Shown: in pieces, positions 1-11,400 of the stretch
Position numbering within the stretch: position 1 is the first letter of the stretch
Layout: each line of letters opens with the position of its first letter
From: Botryllus schlosseri
Lineage: Eukaryota
Reading direction: 5' to 3'
Assembly (NCBI GenBank): GCA_051294905.1
Contig: CM119372.1
Coordinates: 6,324,001-6,388,000, forward strand
DNA: 64,000 nt
Made by a program: the position numbers and the translations under genes
The notes under the pieces: generated by a model
Seen by the model: the letters and a program-made list of their open reading frames with translations, nothing else
Databases searched by the model: none
Told to the model about the DNA's origin: nothing

Positions 1-67
1 AAAGGACTGCAAGTATATGCGTAGTATGTATGATGCGTATTAGCGTATAGATATGGAGGCTTTTGCG

Positions 68-586
68 CAGGCAGTAGTGTTATTTTTAGCATATGCCCAA
101 AATACCAGGAATACCTTTTTTGGTCATTTTTCAGATTTTATTTTGGGAAGTTTTGGCATCGACATGATGTCATATTTGTATACTCGGGTGACAACAGGGA
201 AAGGCCTAGTCATCGAGCTACATCTCCAATTAGGCTACTGGATATCATTTACTACCATGGTTGATCAATCCAGAGTATGTCGTAAATCCAGATTTCAATA
301 TTCTACTTTTTGGCCTCGACCCTAAGATTTTCATTCGCATTACATAGATCCCTTGGACGGTAGACCGCGGCCTTCCGAAGGGTTCACGGAGCTAAATTTA
401 GGAATTTAGCGTTACACACTTGTTTTGTCGCTTCATGCAGACTCATTTCAACACTTATTGACATTTCCATCTAAAACTTTCATAAAAATCTATATTTTCA
501 GGAATTCTTATTTTTGGCATTTCAAAATTTGAATTTTTTCCAGTTTTGGCATTTGGCTCCCGAAATGCCAAAAGTAACACGGCCTG
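68..586. mobile_element. degenerate non-autonomous hAT element (CAGGCCGTG family)
   Basis: Left end 68-160 resembles 8801-8890; right end 497-586 resembles 10068-10155 and ends ...aacacggcctg; TSD not recognisable. Confidence 0.6.
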
Positions 587-739
587 CCAATATTCTAAGA
601 ATCACCGGCGTAACCGATGCAGTTGACCGCTACGGAGAAGCGGTTGGTGAAATTCCTTGATTGCAACGCTAAATATGACATAATTAAAAATGTTTGGCAC
701 GCCAGTTGGTAATATTTTGACATTTTTTGATATTTCGGC

Positions 740-940
740 ACGCTGCATACGAAAGGTTGCCGGCCCTGACTGCACCGATGTTCACAGAGGTGGGCTCCAG
801 AATTCCTTCCTAAGTCCTGAAGGTTTATCTAGGCTCCTCCTCGCCACCTGATCCGCGTAAGCGGTGTCCTAGCGCAAAATACCTGGTGTAAGTGACCATT
901 GTAGTCGAAAACACCATGAACACAACAAACAACAACTCAA
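740..940 (+). mobile_element. SINE copy (same family as 17705-17951)
   Basis: Shared ccagaattcc...ctaggctcctcctcgcc...cgtaagcggtgtc...gtagtcgaaaacaccatgaa and aac-rich tail. Confidence 0.6.
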
Positions 941-2374
941 TTGATTTCGACTTGGGCCATCGTAGCGATTAAAGGTCTTGAGTAACGAAATGGAACAGCC
1001 TGGGTCATTGGATTTGTATTTAGCCGTTAGCTGTCGCTATCTCCGTGCCATTGACGGAATACAAGAGATGATATCTCCTACGAGACAGCTTGGCTATCAG
1101 ATTAGTTTGATCGGCGTCAGGTAGACGTAGACACTAGACAGGTTTGCTTTTAAAAAGTATTCTGCACAGTTTTGCAGGTAAGCTTTGCAATCTGGTTAGC
1201 AAGTACAACCGCTAAACGCGCGAAATCAGTGGTATTGTAGTGAGCGTGTGATGCAATTCCGACGGATTCAGGAGATTACTAGCCACTTGAATGTCAAGAG
1301 ATCGACGGCTAAAACACATCCTAAAGATACCATATCGGATATTATGGTATTCATTTAATGCACTTAAGTTATTTAAGTTTGCAATGACCTTTGATAGCAA
1401 GACCGATGATAGATTTGTAAGGCACAAACCTAGCATACATCGTCAATACGTTTGCACGTTTTCAAGAAATTCACTAGTGCGTTGGCGCGTTGCACTAACT
1501 TGTGATGTATGGCAATGCATCCCGAATTGGGGTCCAATTTGGAGCAAACGAGAAAGGCAGCTCGCTGTCTCAGTGCTTGTTCAAATATTCATCGCCTTCA
1601 TTGAAGTATATCTTCCGCCGCGGACTATTGTTTACGTCGGTTCTGCTCGAGTTACTTCATATGTGTTCTTGAGTCTTTAAGTATTCTCGCACAGTACAGG
1701 ATTATATGAGATCTGTAATATAGCTATGTTGATTTACCGACTCTGCTTACCTATCCACAGCACATGGAACTATATCGAAACTTACCTCAGACTTAACCTA
1801 CGTTCTCATGGTAGCTTGCGCCAAACTGTATCGGTACGAATATATCGGATTAGTTGTAGTAGGCCATGGTTGTATGCTACTAGTAATAATAATATAATGT
1901 TCATTGTATTATCCCAATTAATAGGCTTGGAGCCTTAAGTATTCTCATAATATGAAGAAACTAGCTGGTTGGATCGGTAACCAAAGTCAATTTTGAGACG
2001 CCGCACCATTTACGAAGCTAATTGCCATGGAAAAGATCTTATGTTGTGTACATGTGATTCAGTATAGTGCATGAAACACGGTGTTCATCGACATCATATA
2101 TCTGATATGTAATTCCTCCACCGCGCGTACTAATTTACACTTGATAACCCGGCGACTGCCATGTACGATTTTTCGTTGTTCAATCAGGAAAAGAGAGCGG
2201 GTCGATAGTTGTTTGGTCGTAGATAAAGCAGAGTTTGGGGCAAATCTACTCTGTTGTGGAGCGTGCATCTGCAAATGCGCCGTTTGGATACAACCGGATT
2301 GATCGATTCGATACTTTGTGGGATACACTGACTTTTGGAGCTCTCAACGTAATCGTACGGATCTGAAACAGCAA

Positions 2375-2426
2375 ATGAAGTTTGCCATGATCACGGAAGA
2401 GGAAAGTCCGTTATGGCACAGCTATT
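2375..2426 (+). CDS. CHN1/2: chimaerin coding exon 1 ([18 protein letters not shown])
   Basis: Matches the chimaerin N-terminal PxWxSYL; donor GTAAGT at 2427, phase 1. In-frame stop upstream at 2300; start could be ATG 2375 or 2387. Confidence 0.8.
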
Positions 2427-5400
2427 GTAAGTTTCTAATTGCATCATTGAGGATGACATGATGCTCGCGTCTCGACTGGCATACCCTCGAGGGGAAAAGT
2501 TAACGTAAACTTCATGATCGAAAATCGTCAATAAATGACACACTACCTACCTGATATTGGTTTTTGGAATCCCAGGATGGTAGTTTCCCTCGCGAACCAA
2601 ACCTTGTTACACCATATCCAAATTTAGCCGCGTAACATCGCACTGTGTTCTATTTTCCTTGTTCAATGGATTTACGACCACATCCAATTTGCAGTAAGCA
2701 GATATTTGTAGCAGTGTGTTTATGTTGTTGCAACAATTACGTACGTTACTGAAATTTGCGTGTCACACAAAATATTTGATGTTCAGAAAAACAGAGATCA
2801 TTACCTCTAATAGAAACGGACTCTCGTTACTGTGAACCAACATTTCCGTCGTAAAATATATTTATAAAACAGCATACTTGAACTTGACATTCCGGGTTGT
2901 AGCATGTAGCGTAATAACGACCTCTCCGTGGCCGTCGAGAGTCGTTACGTCATTACCTTAAGCATTCTTTTCATGTTTTTACACTTCCGATTACATCCAA
3001 CGTCATTGCAGATCCATGTAATCGACGACTGATTCTTTTCCAGTGTACCAACTGCAGCAGGAAGCGCCTCGCCCTAACCCCGTACTGTCGGATACCCCAG
3101 AGGTAAGGGTCCCATTGTCTTCTTTGGAATTGCATTCCCAAAGATATTATATAGAGCGTGGAAAACCGACCTACATCGTTCATGGCAGTTGAGGTGTTGA
3201 AATGTGATTAGTGAAGCGTAGATTTCACTGTGCGATTAGGAATGGTAGATTTGTGGTTGTAATATGAAACGTCGGATAAATTCAAGATTCATCGTCTTAA
3301 TTTCGCATCTGGCCCAGTTCAGTTTATGAAAATGGTCTAGTACAGGGGATGTGATACTGTGTGGATTTCCCTGGCACAGTACGCAAAGATGTTCACACAA
3401 AGACGCGTGCGGTCAAATTCATTCGTGATGTTTTGCGAACATTTACGCCTTCGATGATGATATTTTTGATTCGTGTTTTACTCGGATGACGACGTATTCG
3501 TAATGTAGTAGGTTTATTTTATAGCTTTACACTTGCGCCATCCCGACCAAGTACCGCGCAAGCAAATACAATTGAGCGTCGCATATTTACTTACGGAAAA
3601 AGTATACCGCGGATCGTAACGTAGTTACCAGCTTACCACCATACAGCCAGTGAATTCCGCCTCTATTAATGAGCGTCTTTTAATCGAATATTGGATAATA
3701 CCGTTGCTGTCTTCCTTGCTATTAGCACTCAATTGGCACTGTTACCAAGTTTCGAATTGTAATGACGGACGAACGTCATTAACGAAGTAGATATGCGATA
3801 AGCTCGTCATCTTTATGTCGATATTCGACAAATTGCCCCCTGTTAATCGACACAAATTGTAGTTGATATGGACATTTTGTGCTAATTCATTACACAGGAT
3901 TCACCTGTCGAAATGATTCGCGTGACGCGTGTTATTGAATTGCCCGGTTCCCTGCGGTTTGGAAATGAGCAATGAAATCCTAACGAAATTTAAGTGAGCG
4001 CGTTGATGGCGCATGTGATTGTACAAATGTACATGAAACCCCGCGTACACTTTCCGATTGCTGTAATTATCATCTGCGTTGAATGCTTTTAAAGTTGTGA
4101 GGACGGCCTCCTTGTTATCCACTGGATTCTGCGATTGATTGTCAAGTGGGTGAGACACATTGATTGCAAAAGTGTGTTGCTTTTCCTGTTTTCAATGCCG
4201 ATTCCGTATTACCGATCTCGTGTGGTGTTCACCAATCACTGGTCCACAGAAGTGTGCTGAGCCTAATCGTTTGAGAAACGAGAATTATCGTTTCGGGCAT
4301 TATAAAGTGGGTGTCCCTTGCGTGCTTGCTTAACAGTCATAGCGACGTTGTTATGTGAAAAATTTATGCAAATACATGTAGGTAGTCTGACGTGGAATTG
4401 GCTTCTGGTTCAAGCAAATTCTGTACATGTAGTGTAGATATGCAATTATTCATGTCCGACGCAAATGATACTCGTTGAGAAGTAAATATAACACAAGGCA
4501 TGCTTATAAATTGCTCACGAAATGGTGCCCCCTCCACTTTCTGGCAATTTTTGACAGTCCGTACCAATTTTTTATAAATCCTTCATATACTGGTCGCACG
4601 ACGAAGTCGTTAGCATTGCAGCCATCCGATGGCAGGGAACATAAATTCCCTCAACTTGCACCGTCTCTTTTACGAATCGGTGTCATATATTGTGATGCTG
4701 TTATGTATTGTGATAAGTTTGTAACGCGATCTACGTGAATACGCTTCATTCTTACGAACGCTAATCCCTTTGATTAGAATGGAATGACAACTATTCGTGT
4801 ATCTTTAGACAAGAATTCTTAACGCCCTCGGATGCCTTATCGTCTTAACGTCTTTTTCCTAGGTGTAGCTTCCGCACTGTGTTTTTTTCGTCTGTCGCAT
4901 TGACTCATCATGACATTATTCTTAGTTGTATACATTCTTATTACCGATGCAGCGATCAATCACCAATGTTTGATTTAATACGTAGCGCCTGTTTGGATTG
5001 GAAAAGTCTGAAAACCTGTCGAGTAGGATATCATACCAACCGTCGGTAAAATCCAAATTCTGTTCACACAGTGTAACTGCGAATGGGTTGTGATGTTGCG
5101 AACAAATATTTTCGTTTATTTTTTCGGTTTCTCGAAGATTCTGTATTCTTTCTCGCGTTTGACATGTAGGATTGTTGTTGTAAGCAAAGTCATCTCGCTC
5201 CAGACATGACAGATTGTATAGGCCTATTTGGACAATGCTTGGTTTTAATGCGTCGCTTCATAAAAAAAAAATCGCAATTCTGCCAACGCAGCATCGATGC
5301 GATACATACATTGACCGCATGATTGGACTTGCTGAATCATAATCTTCTTTCGCCTGCTACATTTGTAAGTGACAATATTCGCCGGGGCGTGCGACTCCTG

Positions 5401-8400
5401 TTGGACGCCTTGAGCCTATTCGGTTGTAAGCGTATCTGATTGACTAGGACTACGTTATTGACTTTGCGATGGTTAGTCGCTACCGTTGATCGTAGTTTAT
5501 TGACCATTGTGTAGCGTGTTTTGTCAACTGTTTTGTCAACCGACAATGCAATTGCGTGTGTGCGGTGACTGCTCTTTCTGTCGTACACATAGAACTTGGT
5601 GAATTCAAGTATGCTCCATTTTCCGGACCACTAAGGTGTAAATCTCTTCCAAAATCTTGGCACGACTGGTGACCCTAAAATGCTAACCCGAGCTCTAATT
5701 GCAAGTGGAGTTTGTCCGCGGAACCCCAACTTGGTGTTCCATGGTATGTTCCATGGCGGTCGAAGCGTGATTACAGCACAACACTTCACAGTATAAAAAG
5801 AATTTGTTCAAATTTATTGATAGAGATAATATGTTAAGACTGCGTGTCAGTCTACCTGTAGGACACCAAAATGTCTACACAATGTCTCGCCGCATTCCTT
5901 GGGTCACTGCCGAACGATACGGCGCAAACGCAAATAGTTGAACAGACCGCGCGCTACTGTGTGGCGCTACTATTACGTGATGCTTATCACTAATTAGATT
6001 TGCTTGTTGGTTTAGTGAGCCCCGGTGTAAAGCCTTGCATCGTTTTTAGATTCTATTAATTTGCTGTTAGTACATGACATGCACCGCTGACTTTGTTATG
6101 CTATATGCGCTACCTATTGTAGTAGCAAACCCTTCAGTCCTACACCACGAGGTGGGAATGAACTTCTTCAATTACGGGTTTGGGTTGCGTCGCTTAGGGA
6201 TGGCATATGTCCACTTTTGAGCATTTTCACTCTGCGAAGTAGGTTGCGCCATGAATTTGATCCGGGGATAAATTATTCATCTGCCGCAGGCCTAATGATA
6301 GTTTCAACAAGAGTCCAGAAAGTAAGAAGTATTTGCGTTAGGTAGATAAGCGGCAAAAAGACGCCTGTATTACCCAGGAAGCTATCGGGTAAAGCCAGCT
6401 TTATTACACTGATAAGGCGGCGGCGAATCGCTCAATTTGTACGAATCGCACGCTTAATAACGCTCAGCGTGAGTTTGGTTCTATATAACAGTCGATTATT
6501 CCATTCATCGAGTGCTTGCATATTGACTCAAGCCCTTTATGTAAACTTCGCCGTGCCCGGGCAGGTAATCTCAAATTTGCTGGCCATTCAGAGCGACTTC
6601 GTTGTTCCGCCAGCGCCGTTTTGTTGAAACAATATTTAAATGCCCCGCTCTGAACGCGCTAAGGGAAATCTTAAACCCCGTTTTGAAGTGACGCGAGGGC
6701 TTTCTCAGAGCCTTTTCTGCCGGTAGATCTCGCCAAGGGTAATCAATCTCTGTGACGACATAATATGCTTCAAAACGCGCCGTGTAAGCACAACGAATTA
6801 ACAGACATTCACGGATCTGATTACCAAGCAAACACTAGGTTATTTAGTTCCGCTAGCGAAATGGTAATTGTTACCAAGACTGCGCCGCATTGTGTCTGCC
6901 CCGTGTGAAACCAAAGTGTCAAATTGCTGAATTCTTAAACGAAACCGCTTCATGATTACGTCACTTTATCACTGAAAGCCGCCTGTCCGAGTGTTTTTAA
7001 ACTATTAGACGCCGGCCTGGCATCACTGCGCGTGCATCTCTGCGATCTGCGACCCATTGAATTGTCCGTGCTGTGTGCATTGAGTTTCGCATTCATGGAA
7101 GTGATTTTCGGGCGCAGACAGGGTACATTTTTAACCACGCAGTGATCATTCAAACGCGGCATTTCCAACAGGTGATGAATCCTCCGTACCTTCCTAATGA
7201 GCCCAGCTGTAAAGATAAGGTTAAACTCTAGCACCTTTTCTTTATTTTCGGCACAGTATTGGATATCAGATGTCATTTTGTTTCATCGGTGGGACTTTCA
7301 TCTTCCGATACGCGTTGTTATGATAGGCATTCGGACCATGTATATAGTTCGTTCGCTGTTCTGGGAATGTAGATATTAATAATTAATGCGATTCATTGAA
7401 TTTCAATCATGGACTGCCGTGATTTTCGTCAGTTACCCGGCACAATACGCGCATTCACATTGATTATGTTGCGGTAAAAGTCTTTAGGTTACGGGGAGTT
7501 TGGTAATTCCGATCGTGCGTTAGTATTCGACCACATACGCGGCGTTCATACATTGAAAATGCCATCCTATCCAACGTGTAATCACGAAACAGTGCTTGTA
7601 CCTAATTATCTCCGTCGTACGTCTTTCCCACTCGCCTTGATTGATGCCTTGTGATGAGAAACCTCGCTAATTAATGGCCTCTGATTTACGCTCTCTCCTG
7701 TGGAATCTCGAGTGCGCCGGAAAGTTTGCTAAAGCCGATCCACATCATTGTTCTGCTTGCCTCCGCCATTGTGACGTTAAACCGCTAATTTGATTCGGTT
7801 TTATTGGGAATTCGATTTTCATCGACTCGCTGCGAGATGACGGTTGTAATGCTCGTATGATATTGGAAAAATTGAGCCATATGCCAAATATGACTTAATT
7901 CCCTATGGAAATGATATCACGAATGCTTATAAATAAACTATAAGTCGATGGATTTAGAATTTAGGATATTTACGGTTACTGAGCAAAACTGCTGGTACAT
8001 CTTTTGCTGTGCCGTATCATTATGTTCGCTTTTTTTTGTCTCGTGAAGCAATGATAGATCTTTTTCGGATAGTATGGTCGGCTACGTCGCGTCAGGTATA
8101 TCACACATAATTTCGTTCTTAGATTGGCCTACACCCACCTCTTGTTCTGATTTCTAATCAGCATCATGGGAGTCTTGATTTTCCGGCAAGTCGCCATTAA
8201 ACTGCTGATTTTTGGTATTGCCACTAACAGGTTCCCACAAGGTTAAAATGTCGTCTGTCGGGGCAGACAGCAGGTCTATAGACTCTTAGACAACTATCTT
8301 TTGACGCTCTCCTATACAGCGAAATTTCTCCCGCTTCGACTCAAAATAGAGTAGAATGAACCTTTTAGTGCTTGAACGTGACAAATTGATTCGATAATCT

Positions 8401-11400
8401 GAACATGGGCGTGTGGCCAGGAGAGAAATTCGGGCGGGACATTTTGAAAATATTTTCGAGCTGGCAAACTTTTTACAATGTCGTGACGTCACGGATTCAA
8501 CTGTTAAGGAGTTAGTGTTATTATTTTCAAGCCGTACTACATGGACTGCTATGTCGTTTTTGTAAAAATCAAAAATCTTCACATTTAAATGATGCACCTC
8601 CGCCGGGGATGAGATTACTAAATACAATTCTTTGAAGAGCTTCATGGGGGTACAGAACATCAATATACAATTGAATAATATATTCGTATTTTCGACTAAC
8701 ACTCTCGTAAAGGGAATCGCCAGCAATTAGTAGAGAATTGGAAAAAAATTGTGTTCCTTCACATTTTAATCATGCACCTTCGCCTGGGATGGGATATTAC
8801 CAGGCCGTGTTATTTTTGGCATATGCCAAAACTGCCAAAAATAACTTATTTTTGGCATTTTTCGATTTTTATTTTTGGCAGTTTTGGCATCGTCCTCTAA
8901 ATAGATAGTTTCAGCCTCGAATTAGTCACAAAAACGCTTTATTTGGGCTAGTTTGTCAAAAGACACCACAAAATGTGCAGCATCCACGTATAATCAGTGC
9001 CAACAAACAATAAGAAGAAGAAAAAACCTAACGATTTCATAGGTTAATAATATCAAACGAAACCACAAAATGTGCAGTATCCATCGGAATCGGTGCCAGT
9101 ATGCAAAAAAAAGAAAGAAAAGCCTAACAAACACGCTCAACAGCTGATTGTTACAGCTGTTGAATAGACTTAAATCGTTTGCACTGTAACAGTGCTTCCA
9201 ACTCAGGTCAGCTAAGTTTCTCCTAAATTCATTTCTCGCCCAGCGAATCTGGAAAATATCGGCTTCAACAGTAGCCGTTGAGGAAAGAATGTTGCCAGTC
9301 ATCCACAAAAGGTTTTCAGAGCTTCAAAATCTTTGGAGGGCCGAACCGGCTTCCATGCATCATGAAAAGAGATCACTTCGCCAGTGCCATCGATCTCATC
9401 GCGGAAAGAATTTTCTTCCTGATCCTTTTTCAGGAGTTTCCTGTGTTGTCTCTCAACACATTCTATTTAGTAGCCCGACTATCATTTCTCCTTCAGTCTA
9501 CCGATATATTTTCGGAGGACTTTTGTCACTTCAGGTGGCTTTAATATTACCAACTCGCATGGAAGAGTCCTGGGAAGGTTAGCTTGTTTAAGAACATTGA
9601 CGCAACAAGACTGTCTGGCAAAACGAGACTATGCAGCTCAGAAATAGCCAGACAGTTTCTTGCGTCACAATGTTCAACTCGATCACAATGCAAAAATCGT
9701 GGTTGATTTTGGGGGTTCCAGTTCCATGAGCAGAATATAATTTATATTTTAATAATCAGTACTGCGGCAGTTTCTCATTGATACCCGTTTTATCAAATTT
9801 AGTGCTCGACAAGCCGTCAAAAATGGTCGTAAAATTGTCTTTGGGCAAATGGAAAGTATGACGTAAACCAAATGCAGTCAGCCGTTCAATCTCGCTGTGC
9901 CCACACCATTTAGGACACCATGCTTTCATCCCTAATGGGTGGGCTGGACCCAGATTAAGAAACCTGCCTTTCACAAACGCTCTTCTCGCTTGTAACGCGG
10001 TCCTGTTAAAACAACACCATGAACGAAATATACTATTTGGCAGGCCGTGTTATTTTTGGCATATGCCAAAAATTGCTTATTTTTGGCATTTTCAAATTTT
10101 TAATTTTGGCAGTTTTGGCATCTGGCTCCTGAAATGCCAAAAATAACACGGCCTGGATATTACCAAATAGAATTCTCCCACAAATATCCCTGTCGTTATA
10201 GATCGGCAGCTGGAGTGGTTTGATTATCTTGTTCTCCAAACTGGGAATTGGTGGGCACGAAGCAATTGAGAGTGACATAGCAACCTCCCTCGAAATTACA
10301 TTATTCGTCGAAACCCACTGATGTTTCAGACATCCAAATATACACTCTATTGCTCATGCTCATGTGTGACCACCGTACTTTTGTCAAGTGCAATCGTCTG
10401 TGACAAAACCTTTATTGGAACAAGCATATCCGCTCTTGGTCCGGCGCGGTGTTTGGATATACTGCACTCGCACCGCCGTATTAAAACCTCTTCAGTCTTA
10501 TATGTACGGCGTCAAGTGCTCTTTCTACGACCGGTCGCAATATTTGTAAATATGAAGTGTAGGCGTTTTGTCGTCTTGTTTAAACGCCCGCGTTTTATAC
10601 TTCTCTGTAGTATGCCCGTAAAATTGATCCGGAAACGACAGTTTTTAAATCCAGTAAAATCAAAATTATACTGCAACCCTATCTTTTTAGGATCGGCCTC
10701 CACAATTTGGGGATGAGTACCACGGTCTGATTAGTCGCGAGCATGGGGATTTGCTTTGTAAGGACGAGGGGGACTTCCTGGTCAGAGAATCCATGAATGA
10801 AGCCGGCCGATATACGCTCGTTTTGAGGTAAGTGAAGTTATGATCTCGCAATCAAATTTCCGAATGCGTTTGCATGCGATGGAAACATTAGTCAGTGGCG
10901 TCCTATAACAATTTTGTAGTTAGGATAAGAGATGACTTGCTATCGTTAACAGATATGTGACGAGTTCATTAACAGTGGATTAATGTGTGTGCTGATGTTA
11001 ATATCTGTGCTGATTTCGCATTATAGCAGTAATTTTTGCTAGCTTCCTCAATCAGGTGGTGGTTCCCACAACCATTAGGTATAAGTGAAACCACATGTCG
11101 TTTTCCGCGTACTGTAGTAAACTAGTAAATACCATACGCGCGTATCGTTGTCCAAATTCTAATTGCTCGCGGCCATCCATAAGCAAGCACTAAAATTGTT
11201 CATTACCGGGAAATGGCTTTTCAAGGCGATGTTCACATGATTGGAAATGTTTACCCTCTCGTCTTTTGTCTCGCGTTCACGAAAACGACTCTAAGATTAC
11301 ATTCCCGTTAATTGCTTAAATTAGGGCCCGACAATAATGAACCGTAATTTTCCCCGTTACGCTATTTTCTCGGGCGACTTCATTCCTGTCGGATTATTTC

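Noticed and set aside
1141-1183. Strong donor gcag|gtaagc at 1178 as a chimaerin 5' UTR exon end
   Set aside because: Plausible, but the upstream frame is closed and nothing in the sequence can confirm it.
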